Source: Lama glama (lineage: Eukaryota). From it: 64,000 nucleotides of DNA. Position 1 is the stretch's first letter. Every line of letters begins with the position of its first letter. The notes under the pieces are model-generated. The model ran no database searches. It saw only the letters and a list, made by a program, of their open reading frames with translations, and was not told where the DNA came from. Shown in pieces: positions 40,069 through 51,862 of the stretch. The stretch spans positions 6,760,001 through 6,824,000 of the forward strand of contig CM052832.1 in assembly GCA_028534125.1 (NCBI GenBank). The letters are read 5' to 3'. The translations under genes and the position numbers were made by a program.

Positions 40069-42036
40069 AATATGATGGCTCTTGTGAGCCACGTGGCCCA
40101 ACCTCATTTACTGGATCGAAAGCACTGAGTCTCAACAGACGAACCACAGGATGTGGATGTTTCCACGAGGAGGGCAGAAAGCTTGAAAAGGATGGATCTG
40201 AGCAGAATGTGGGCATGATTCTAACAAACAAAGAGCGTGCTTCTGTGGGTCTGCAAGAGGATGGAGGGAGCGGAGGGAAAGCGAAGGCCCGTAAAGAAGA
40301 CAGTGGCTCTAAAAGCATGTTTAGGCCAAGGTGCAGTGCCACCTGGGGCCCCTCCATCTGTCTCGTTGTGTCGTTTCTGCTTCTCATATCACTTGTCCAC
40401 CTCAGTCACCTTCTCAGGGATGCTTGGTCTCCATGAGCAATTTTTCTTGGCTGCTTCTTCCAGTCCCTTTCATGTCTCCTGGTGGGATGAAGGATTTGAA
40501 TGCCCTGGGGCCACTGCTATGGAAGTCTCGTTGCAAGGTGGGTAAATGGAACCAAAATGACAAATGTTTTTCTGCACAGCATACTAGAGCAGTTAACTCA
40601 GACATGGAACGGCTGAACTCATCGTGAAACGAGCTGTGGAATCGCATCCATCTTCTGCTTGACGTCCTCAGGGTCCCCGCCCCCTGTGACATATTGTCAG
40701 TTTCCATGAGAAGCCTGGAGTCCCAGAGCCCGTTGTCTCTGAGGAGCCTTGGCGGGGCTGGAGAAACCCATGAAACGAAACAAGTCAGCAGAGCTTTAAC
40801 AAACCAGCCGATTAACAGCCCGGTAGGAGAGTTAACGATTCCATAAGTAATAGATTTAAAATCCTACGAGTCCCAAGTTGTGGGTCAGCAGAAGCGTTTG
40901 CCTCCAAATGTTTTCTGGGCAAAGAGCCATTACATTACCTGGTGGTCTCTGTGTGGGTTCCTTTTCAATTGAGTCCTACTTGAGAGTATCAAAAAAGGCA
41001 TTTTCCAGATGACAGAACTTTGTGTTTTATAATGCTCTCTGAGCCAAACTCAAAACCTTCCACATTTTTAAAATTAATGAAGCAAAAAGAAAATACATTT
41101 ACTTGGGGTTGGAGCTATGAGTCAGATTTGAAGGATGTTTAAACTCCAGTGAAGGCCCTAAGTACAGAAGACTCCTGGCAAGGGCTTCCCATGTCTCTGT
41201 GATAGAAGTCGAGCTCTTCCAAGGCCTTCGAGTCTTCAGCCCAGCTCAGTTAGTGTGAAAGGAGGGCAAATAGCCACATAATCACTAAGCTCTGAACGCG
41301 AGAAGAAAGGTTGCGCCCCACCCCAGTGAAAAGTCCACTGGTGGAGGTCACATTGATGACTACCATGGATGAATAAGAAACCTGGAATTGCAGGGAAGCC
41401 ATCCACAGAGGTATATAAGGCTCAGAGCATACCTCCCTTGCCCAGGGACAGCCTCCGGGAAGACAGAGCCAAGAGTTACAAGAAGGAATGCTCTGGCTGA
41501 GCGTCGCTAAGGAAACCCACCCACCTCAAGAAGGATGTCCCTGTCTGGGAGCTACTCAGGAAGGTCAGCCAAGCCATGGCTGCGTGAGAACTCACCCTGG
41601 GGAGGGTGGCCGGACACTGCCAAGGAAGAAAGTGGGAGACCCTTGACTGGCTCAGTAAGAAAGACAGCGATACCCTGATGCTGGTGAAACCATTCGCTTC
41701 AAGAGTGCCGTCAATGGTTGAATTCTACAGGTACCAGTGCTCGGCTCTGGGATTTGGCCGGTGCCACCAGTGCTGTGGTTCCGTCTGCCTCCTCCTGTCT
41801 GTGACGTGGTCCCTTTACTGTCGTGTCAGATGCTTTTCCCCAAATGATTACATCCTCTTTTGTCCTTGCTGGCAGAGGTTTATAAAGGCTAAAAATGCCA
41901 ACTGCTTGTCTTCCAGCATCCTTGAAGCCAGAACTTAGTTCACAGGACCTTTGGGGAAGTGTACTACGAGCTTTCTGAAAAAGGCTCCTTTGCCTATGAA
42001 AGGAAACCTACGAGAAGGAATGCCCCTTTCATTCCC

Positions 42037-42532
42037 TGCGTTAGTTTCCAATGGCTGTGGTGACAAATGACCACCAACTTGGGGGCTTAAAACAAGAGAA
42101 ATTTATTGTCTCACAGGTAAGGAGGATGAAGTCCAAAATCATGTCACTGGGTCCAAAGCAAGGTGTTGGCACAGCCATCCTCCCTCCAGAAGCTCAGGGG
42201 AGCATCGGTCTCTTGCCTCTTTCAGCTGTTGGCATTCCTCGGTGTGCAGCCACATTACTCCAGTTTCTGCTTCTATCTATGTTTACATTGCCTTCTCCTC
42301 TTCTGCATTTGTGTCCAATCTTCTTCTGCCTCCCTCTTATAAGGACCCTTCCGATGGCCTTTAGGGACCGCTTGAATAACCAAGGATAACCTCTCCATCG
42401 CAAGACCCTTAATTTAATCATCTCTTAAAGTCTTTGTTCTTTCTTATTTTTCTGCCATGTAAAATAATATTCACAGTTTCCAGGGATTAGGTTGTGGATC
42501 TCTTTTGGAGGACCATTATTCAGCCTACCACA
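42037..42532 (-). mobile_element. Complete MaLR (MLT1C/D-like) solo LTR nested in an older MLT1 LTR (~41870-42790)
   Basis: TG...CA termini; 5-bp TSD ttccc (42032-42036) / ctccc (42533-42537); gctgtggtgacaaatgaccaccaacttgggggcttaaaacaa...cagggattagg...attcagcctaccaca. Confidence 0.85.
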
Positions 42533-43199
42533 CTCCCTACGGAAGTGGAGGAAGGCTGCAATGTTTGGAGCTGTGGCAGCCGAGGTGAGCGTAGAGGTGC
42601 AAGTCTGAGGATGCCAGAGCAGAAAGAAGAGAATGGAGCTGGGTTCTTGACACGGTTATGCTGCTGACGTTACCAAACCTGGAATCATTTACCTGGGCTT
42701 GCATTTAAGTGAGATAACAAATCCCATTGTTTAAGGTACCTAGAGTTGAGCTTAGTGTTACTTGCAGCTTAATACTTCCTAATGGATACAACTACTGACT
42801 TTTTTTTTAACCTAAGAAGGTGGCATGGATAAAGATGATAAACTAGATGTGAATGGGTCACTTTTGCCATTATTTGTATTAAAAACATTTTCTGATTGAC
42901 ATAATTTACCTTTTGATTAGATTTCCTTTTGTAATGTTCTATAATCTAATTATTTATCTGCATACTATTAAAGAGATGATTAAAGAGAGAGCTTGATGAG
43001 GATGGGGTGCTGAATCATCTGACTCTTCCCTGTGGGCACAGGGAGTCCTCATTAAATTTCCAGCTACTGGATCAGTTTGAGTATTAAAATCCCTCATTGA
43101 AATTGATTATATTTTGATTATTTGTGGATTTCCAAGACAAGTAATATCATTTTCTATAAGAGTTAATAGCTACTTTGTGTTTATATTTTATGTACAGAA

Positions 43200-43490
43200 A
43201 ATAGTTACCTTTATTTTCCTGAGTGCTTATGCTGAGTGCCAGGCAAATAGCATTTCTGATTGTCTCTTTATCTCTGTCTCTGTCTCTGCCTCTGTCTCTC
43301 TCTCTTTCTCTCTCTCACACACACACATATTTCTTATTTAATTCTCGTACTATTCCTCTAAAATACGATTATCTCCAGCTTACAAATGAAGAACGTGAAA
43401 GCATATACTAGCTAAATAACTTACCCAGGATCACAAAGCTAGTAAGAAGCAAAGCTTAGATTCATAGCACATCCATCTGATTCCAGACAT
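43200..43490 (-). mobile_element. MIR SINE with internal (TC)n(CA)n
   Basis: gagtgcttat...tgccaggca, TC/CA run ~43262-43327, ttacaaatgaagaa...aataacttacccaggatcacaaagctagtaag. Confidence 0.65.
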
Positions 43491-44621
43491 GTTAATGAAC
43501 TAACTCTTACTCACGCTGCCACCCACCATGCTTGTCTGTTTCCACAAAGTGATGCAAGATTTATCTCAGAAAGGTTAGGGGAAAGCAGATTGAACAAAAA
43601 GAAAATAAAAATAACTAAAATGCCAGTTGGACTGATTGCTTTACCCCTCACTTAAAGTCTAGATTAAGAAGAAAGGTGGGGAAGACACTGTGGGAAGGAC
43701 AGAAGAAATCAGAAGGCAAGAAAGTAATTGGAAGAAGGACTGAGACCCTTTGGAGACCTGCCCCCTTTATCATGACGATGCTGGGGACTGTGGCCATGCA
43801 CGTGAGTGGAAATCACCAGTTTCCATCTACAATAATGTGTTTATAACTGACAGTCACCAACATTTCAAAATTAAGGATGGATTTTCCCCTTCAGGTCACC
43901 AGGGAAATGTCATTGCCTAAGAGCAAGCAGGACAGCCATCCAGTAATAGTGAGGATTATCCCCAGTGATCAAGTTTAGAGGGATGGCAGGAAGTAAGGAT
44001 AAAGTCCTGCCCATTCAAAACACATAGATTGCATATATGTAAGTATATATAGTTATGTATATACTATGTATATATACATATGCAGTATATATAGTTATGT
44101 ACTGATAGATAAGTAACTATATATAGTTGTGTGTATGTTTATATATCTCCAAAGACATATTATTAACTGATAAAAAGCAATATACAGAATAATAGGTACA
44201 ATATAAATACCATTTTAAAAAAAACAAACAAAATCATCTAGAATATTCTTATCTTGACTTTCCTTATTCTACCTTGGAATTTTCAAAACTTAACAAATTC
44301 CAGTAAAATTCAACTACCTAACCCCAATTCCAAGCATTTTTTTTCCTTTCACATTTTCCCCAACACAGTTTTTAAACACAATAGTGGTATCTAATAATTT
44401 ATCATTGACTCTGATTCTTTCCAAAAACACTGGACAGGATGTAAATTAACTATAAACAGTTCATAAATTATTTATGTCTAGAAATCCTGTTTCAGCAACT
44501 TCTCAATAGCCAAGGTATGCAAACACTTTCAATGATGAGTCAGCACGGCTTCACTATTTATCTCAGAAAATTCTTGCCCAGGAAAATGAGACTTTTAACC
44601 GATAAATAATGTGATTGCTTG

Positions 44622-45016
44622 TGTAAGGAAATTCCTGCCCGTACGTTTGTCCAGGCAGTTTGCTGAAATGGAGAAGCAGTTCTTCTCCTGAGACAGCAGA
44701 GGGCTCAGCTGGGCAAACCCCTCGCTGGCCACATGGCAGCTTAGTTTCCTAGATTCACGTCAAGACCCATGCTTGCTGCACCCACCGGCCCAAAGTACAT
44801 GATGCTGTAAACTCTGTCCAATTCACAAGTGGTTCTGTGCCTTGAAAGACCCGCCTTTAACCCCCAGCAACAAACTCCTACAAATCACCTCTGGTGACCT
44901 CCCCTCTGGGCCATGATAAGACTGTCAAAGCGGAGTTCCCTTTCACTGCAGCGGGTCCAGCAAACTCGGCTTTGCTTGATCCGTAGATGTTCCAGTGATC
45001 TTCTGGGGAGTCAACG
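44622..45016 (+). mobile_element. ERV1-class solo LTR (MER90/MER110-like)
   Basis: Starts tgtaagg; 3' end caaactcggctttgcttgatc...tgatcttctggggagtcaac resembles this LTR group. Confidence 0.55.
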
Positions 45017-45664
45017 GTCAACTCCTCTACCAGGCTGTAAGTCAACGACTAACTGTATTACACGTGGGGCACTCTGATACTTCTGTTCTGATCCATTGTA
45101 TTCTATTTCATTCTTTTTTAAATGTAGCTGCCAATCCCTGAATGAATTTGACCAGCAATGAACCCCAAGCCCCAGGCTGGAAAACACTCTCAGAGGTAAA
45201 CCTATTACAGAAATTGGGGCATCTAACCGCACGGCAGCCAGCATCGTGGTCCAGGCTCGGCGATCGGAATCTCAGCTTTGACCCTGCAAGCTCAGTCGAG
45301 AGAGGTCGGGAGGCCAAAGTGAGTCGGGCTGAACTGACTTCAGGGCTCGCTAATGAGTCACACCCACAGAATGAAAATAAAAAACCCAGGTTCATTCCTA
45401 GATTTCCTTGGTTTCCAATTCCCAGATAGGATTGGGAGAAACAGGAGCCAGTAAACTTCCCCCTACACACAGCCACTTAATCCTTGTGACACAATTGTTC
45501 ACAGTGTTCCCTTCTTTCCTTTCTCCCATGGATGGTGATTCTAGAATCCAGGATGTACAAATAAGAAGAAAATGTGTTCAGAGACTCCTGGTAACCAGAG
45601 GAGAAATGGTGTGGATTCCCAGGTGAGGACAGTACTGGTGAATGTTCTACTGGGAAAAAGGGGT

Positions 45665-46183
45665 CTTTTTTCCTTCTTTTTTCTTTTTTTATTGAAGTAT
45701 AATTGGTTTACAATGTTGTACTAGTTTCAGGTGGAGCAAAGTGATTCAGTTATACGCATCTGTATGTGTGTGTATGTACATATATATGTTATTTTTTGGA
45801 CTCTTTTCCATTATAGGTTATTACAAGGTACTGAACATAGTTCCCTGTGCTGTACAGTAGGCCCTTGTTGTTTATTTATTTTGTATACAGTAGTTTGTAC
45901 CCACTACTCCCAGACCCCTAATTTATCCCTCCCCCTTTCCCCTTTGGGGAACGCTAAATTTGTTTTCTATGTCTGTGAGTCTATTTCTATTTTGTAAATA
46001 AGTTCATTTGTATCACTTTTTAGATTTCACATATAAGTGATACCATATTTATCTTTCTCTTTCTGGCTTACTTAGTATGATCATCTCTAGCTCCAACCAT
46101 GTTGCTGCAAATGGCATTATTTCATTCTTTTTTATGGCTTAGTAATATTCCATTGTATATATAGACCACATCTTCTTTATCTA
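45665..46183 (-). mobile_element. Artiodactyl-type L1 3' end
   Basis: tttttttattgaagtataattggtttacaatgttg...atagttccctgtgctgtacagtagg...catgttgctgcaaatggcattatttcattc. Confidence 0.9.
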
Positions 46184-48445
46184 ATGAAAGAGTTCCCGAG
46201 GCCTGACTAGACCTTGTGTGACAGATTTGCCTGGGACTATGCACGTGTGGGAGTGTAAGCACCTTTTGTCATGATTGTCCAGAGAAGAAAGACCCCCATA
46301 TTTCCCCAGAAACTGCAATGTAGACAGTTTTTTTCAAGATTCTAAAAGTCCTAACCATGCGACAGGAGCAATATTGTAAACATGTCCTTTAACTTCTGTT
46401 GAGAAAAACAGCAATATATGTAAAATCAGGAAAATAATTTTCATAATTCCAGCTGTGTACACAGCTCCTTTCCCATCTCTTTGGAAACGAAGACCCCAAT
46501 GGCCCATCGCCTAACCGGCTCTGACTCCTCCCGCTCAAACAGAATGTCACATTTAGAGTCAGACATTCACAGAGCTTGTAGAATTTCATTTTTAAAATAT
46601 CAAATAGATTCTTAGTTCATGCCGAATGATGTAAGCCAGAAAGTAGAGACAGGATGAGAAGAATAGAGTTTGCCACTCTTCCTAAGGATAGCAAAACCAA
46701 CTTTGCCCCAAGCAAGAGCATTTAGCTCTGGAATCAAGTGGAGAATTTACCGAGAGATCATGGCCAAAAACAGGACAAAACAAAAACAAAAAACAAAACA
46801 AAAAAACCTGAAGGTGCTGTGCACACAGTTGGCTTGGAAACCACTCCATGGTCCAAACCTTCTCAGCAAGTGAGGTCAGACTGCCCCTTCCTGCTTCCCC
46901 TCCCCCGATACTTCTGTCACACACTTCACAGTGGGTTCCTTTCTTCCCTCAAGGCCACATATCACGTTTTCCTTAGCCTGGGGTCTGCTGGGTGCTGGCT
47001 GGGGACAGGCGAGAATACAGAGTGACTTTCCTTGGATTTACGCCCCCAAGAGTGGGTCTGTGCCTTCCCCAGCAGAGCTGATAGCATCTGGGAGGAGGGG
47101 TGATGCACCCAAAAACAGAACGGCCCCAGAAGGCACACAGGGCCTCACAAAGGCCCTTGGAGAGCTGCCTGGAGCACACTGTCCAGCAGCCACTTGCAAG
47201 AACCCCAGCTAAAGTAGGGAAATCATTTTTAAAAACATGACTAAGAGGTCTCTTTATTCCTTAACCTTATGAGAGCCCTGGGAGAAAAAGATCCTGGAAA
47301 CATCCCCACTGTACAGATAAAGAAACCAACCAGAGAAGCAGAGATTTACTTAAGGTTCCTCATCTCGTAAGTGGCAGAACCAAGACTCAAGCCAGTTGTA
47401 ACTCCAAGGCTAATGTTCTTTCCTTGGGCTTGTCAGGGGCAGAGGGGCAGATGGAGTCTTGGGGGAGAGTAATGAGGTGAAGTGTGTGACAAAGCATTGG
47501 CTGACAAGCCTGCCCTCAAAGCCTGTTTTTGCCATCTCAGCATCCCTTCCAGGGCTGAGATGCTGAGATGCTAGAAAAGATTTCATTTCCGGGAGAGAGG
47601 AAATTATATTGACTCCCTGTTGCGTTTAATGAAACACCACTTACCTGTAAAACTTTATTTAGAATGAAGCAATATACTCGACAATTTGAGGATGAAGATT
47701 TAATCCTAAAGGCCTGTCATCTTTTTTAATTTTGAGAAAGAATGTGCAGTCTGTTTGCGTCCCCTCTCTCGGGTCATTTGAATTAATTTTAAAGAGATAA
47801 CTTAAAACAGAGAAACATTCAGATGTCCATCACATACTCCTCCTGAAGGTTTTCTATCGCAGAATATTCTGACTTCTGAGTCCAGTGAGGTCCTGAACAC
47901 TGTTTTGTGCAGATGGAATGGCAGCCCTCTCCTGCGTGGGAAAGTTGTGTGTGGTGGTCACCATCTTCCCCTTTGGAGCTGGGAAGGTTTTAATCTACTG
48001 TTTCTTATTTACTCACTTAAGAAACACTGAGCTGAGTGCTGCGTCGTGGGTGTTGGGGACACACTGGTCTCTGCTCTCAAAGAACAGACAGGCAGAGGCG
48101 GCCAAGATATTAACAGAGCCTGACCATTTGAGGCAGTGGGTGGTTCAGAGCACACACACACGCTGGAAGGACCCACGGATGGATTCCAGATTCAGGGCTT
48201 CTGGCCCCGTGACTTTGGGCAAGATCTTAACAGGGCTAAGTTCATTTTCTCGTTTATAGAAGCAAGTAGCATTTAGACCTACCCCACGGGTTACTTGTGA
48301 GGATTAAACAAGCAAGTTCATGTAAAGATCTAGGCGTCACCCAGAACATAGTCAGATCTCAATACACGTCAGCCTTGATGGAGGAGAATCAGGAAAGTCT
48401 TCCCAGAAAACGGGACACCAGAGCAAGGAGAGGCAGCAAAATTAG

Positions 48446-48644
48446 CAGTGTTTCTCAACCAGGGGGCTGGGGTTTTGCTCCCCCATGGGACATTTAGCAA
48501 CGTCTGGAGACATTTTTTTATTGTCATGCCCTGTGGGGCGATCAGCGCTACTACTACTGACATCCTCTAAGGCGCAGGACAACCCATCCCCAACTAACAG
48601 CTGTCCAGCCTGAATGTTAGTCGTGCTGAGGTTGAGAAACTCTG
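48446..48644. mobile_element. MER20 hAT MITE
   Basis: Terminal inverted repeats CAGTGTTTCTCAACC ... GGTTGAGAAACTCTG; internal gggacatttagcaacgtctggagacatttt. Confidence 0.85.
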
Positions 48645-48683
48645 GTTTAGAGGTGGATTACTGTAGCCAAAATGCCTGGGTTT

Positions 48684-49243
48684 TTATCGGGGCAGGAAAT
48701 CTTGTTTCTCAACTCTCTAGGGTTTGGTAACTGGAGACTGCCAATTAAACTGACAAAAGACAGATCAACAGCAGTAAAGGGAGAATCTGTATTGCACATG
48801 AGGGCCTATAAAAGAAGTAGCTGGTGCATTAAGTGGTTACATTAAGTGGTTAGACGTGCATCTAACTTAGTGCAGGGAAGGGAAGGGGAGAAAGGCTTAT
48901 GGGGGAAGAGCAAATAGGCGTCTTTAGGAAGACAAATGGGTTGTTGGAAGGATAGGAGATAAAGTTTGTGATGATGTTTGTCTACCCAGGCATGAGTGGT
49001 CCTTCTGTCTTCTTCAGGACCACAAAACTCCCCCAGAGACGGGATCTAGGGTAGGTTTACTGCCGGGAGTAGAAGTGGCCCCTCAGAGAGAATTTATGAT
49101 AGCCCTCATTTCTCAGCAGTCTCTGTGTTTGGTCAGATAAAGGAAGCTCCGAGAAGGCTTCTTTCTGCATCCTTTGAATTTCACATGTCTTCTGCTTAAA
49201 GTAATCTTTATACTAACTCAGAGGTTCCAAGTGGGACCCAGCA
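48684..49243 (-). mobile_element. ERV1-class solo LTR (MER34-group-like) inserted into a MIR
   Basis: aattaaactgacaaaagacagatcaacag...tttctgcatc...cttctgcttaaagtaatc; splits MIR text gcctgggttt | gtttcaatcctggctgtgtcacttactagc with a 4-bp gttt duplication. Confidence 0.6.
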
Positions 49244-49930
49244 GTTTCAATCCTGGCTGTGTCACTTACTAGCCACACAGTTACTGTGTGACTCTGGGCA
49301 AGTTACTGAAACTTTCTGTGCCTCACTTACCTCATTTGTCAATGAAGAAATTGAGAAAACTTATTGAGTAATTGATAAATACCTGGAAGATAGTAAATAC
49401 TACATTTACATTTACGTAAATTCCAGTGTCTAAGTCCTAAAGGATCGTTTCCCCCAAGTCCCCCAAAATGACCAAAGGGGTCGTTACTCCCCTAAAAGTA
49501 GGAGTAAAGACCTACTGCAACCCACACTTTCTATGCCCTATGTAGCATCTAGGATGATCACTCTCAGTTCCACGGAGTTCTAGTGATTCTTTCCTTTGGC
49601 CTCTGTATCTTTAGCCAAGTTTCAACCTAGTTTATTTGGTTCCATTAGTGCAGCATGATCTAAAATTCATGTATAAGATGTGCAACGTGGAAGCAAGGAC
49701 CACTCTGGGATGCCGCTGGAGGAAGGGCAGATGGGGCGGGGAGGAGGCAGAGCTAGGGAGGACCCTTGCTAACATCTCTTCTGCAACTTCTGCTTTTATT
49801 ATTCTGTTTTCTTTCAATTTTGCCTTTCTGTTTAAGACATATCTCCTCTGCTATTTGAGGGGAGAGGGGTTCACATTAGTTATTGATTGATTCAAAATAT
49901 ATTGCATGTACCTATCATAAATAGGAAGCT

Positions 49931-50712
49931 CTTTTTTTCTTGAAGTATAGTTGATTTACAGTGTTGTATTAGTTTCTGGTGTCCAGCCTAGTGACTCAGT
50001 TATACATATATATATATATATTCTTTTTCATTATAGGTTATTACAAGTTACTGAATGTAGTTCTCTGTGCTGTACAGTAGGACCTTGTTGTTTATCTATT
50101 TTATATACAGTAGTGTGTATCTGTTAATCCTAAACTCCTAATTTATCCCTTCCCACTTCCCCTTTGGTAACCATAAGTTTGTTTTCTATGCCTGTGAGTC
50201 TCTTTCCATTTTTAAATAAGTTCATTTGTATCATTTTTTAAGATTCCACATGTATGTGATATCATATGAAATTTGTCTTGCTCTGTCTGACTTATCTCAC
50301 TTAGTATGATAATCTCTAGTTTCATCCATGTTGCTGCAAATGGCATTATTTCACTCGTTTTATGGCTGAGTAGTATTCCATTGTATATATACATCACATA
50401 TTCTTTGTCCAGTCATCTGTTGAAGATCACTTAGGTTGTTTCCATGTCTTGGCTATTGTAAATAGTGCTGCTATGAACATTGGGGTGCAGGTGTCTTTTT
50501 GAATTAAGGTTCCCTCTGGATATATGCCCAGGAGTGGGATTGCGGATCAAATGGTAAGTCTATTTTCAGTTTTTTGAGGAACCTCCGTACTGTTTTCCAT
50601 TGTGGCTGCATCAAATTATATTCCCACCAGCAGCATAGGAGGGTTCCCTTTTCTCCACACCCTCTCCAGCATTTACTGTTTGTGGAATTTTTAATGATAA
50701 CCATTCTGGTAA
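49931..50712 (-). mobile_element. Relatively young artiodactyl/camelid L1 3' end
   Basis: Antisense ORF2 C-terminus ([18 protein letters not shown]...[43 protein letters not shown]) and 3' UTR; poly-T at left. Confidence 0.92.
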
Positions 50713-50714
50713 AA

Positions 50715-51360
50715 TTAAATATTTTCAGATATATAGTTCTCTGGATTTTGACAAACTTAGACAGTTGTGTAACCACCATCACAATCAGAATTCCCTCACA
50801 TCCAGATGTTCTCCTGTGCCCCTTTACAACCAGTCCTCTCCCTTCACTCTCAGCCCCTGAGAACCACCAATCTGATTTCCGTCCCTGTCGTTTTTGCCTT
50901 TCGTAGAAAGTCATAGAAATGGAACCATACAGGAAATAGTCATTTGTATCTGGCTTCCTTCACTTAGTGTAATGCTTCAAGAACTCATCTAGGTCGTTGC
51001 GTGTGTCAGGACTTCATTCTTCTTGTTGCTGAATAGTGTTGCACTTATGGATTTGCCAGAACTTGTTTATCTAGGCACCACTGAGGGACCTTTGTGTTTT
51101 TTTCTAGCTTTTGAGGATGAATAAAGCTGTTACAGTATGCTTATAACTTTTGGAGTGGATATCTTCATTTCTTTCGGCTAAATACCTAGGAGTGGGGTTC
51201 CTGGGTTATAGGATAAATGCACATTTAACTTTATAAGAGGCTTCCAAACTGTTTTCCAAAGCGGCTGTACCAGTCCCACCTGCAGTGTATCATAGTTGCC
51301 GCTGCTCTGCATCTTTGTCAGCAATAGATGTTGTCAATTTCCTTGATTTGAGCCGTTTTC
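50715..51360 (-). mobile_element. Older L1 (L1MB/MC-like) 3' region
   Basis: ttttgacaaa...gtgtaaccaccatcacaatcaga...tctggcttccttcacttagtgtaatgc...aaatacctaggagtggg...tttaactttataaga. Confidence 0.8.
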
Positions 51361-51411
51361 GTAATAATTCATGGACTTCTGATCTAGGCTGAGCTGTGGA
51401 ATTAAACATCC

Positions 51412-51862
51412 TGCCAGCTACTGGATTGGATAGTGTTCCCCCCAAATTCACATTCCCCTGGAACCTCAGAATATTATCTTATTTGGAACTAGGATCTTTG
51501 CAGCTGGAACTAATTAAATTTAGACGAGGTCTTACTGGGTTAAAGTAGGCCTTCATTCCAATGACTGGTGTCCTCACAGGAAGGCCACGTGAAGACATGA
51601 GACATGCAGAGGCGAACACCACGTGATGATGGAGAAAGTGACTGGAGTTATGCTGCAACTGGCCCAGGAACCCCAGAACCACCCGAAACTGAAAGAGACA
51701 AGGTGAGATTCTTCCTTAGAGCCTGGGGGTGGGGGGAGGGTGGCCCTGCCAACGTCTTGATTTCAGACTTCAAGCCTCCAGAACTGTGAGAGAACACATT
51801 TCTGCCGTCCTCAGACACCCAGTTTGTAGTAGTCTGTTATGGCAGCCACAGGAAAATAACAC
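51412..51862 (+). mobile_element. MaLR (MLT1C-like) solo LTR
   Basis: atagtgttccccccaaattcac...gaacctcagaat...ttatttggaa...ttgatttcagacttcaagcctccagaactgtgagagaa...tgttatggcagccacaggaaaataacaca. Confidence 0.85.

Noticed and set aside
41340..41480. TATATAAG box suggesting an intergenic promoter or LTR
   Set aside because: No LTR termini, exon or CpG context that I could support.
44030..44145. TA-rich quasi-palindromic stretch
   Set aside because: Low-complexity (TA)n decay gives self-complementarity by default.
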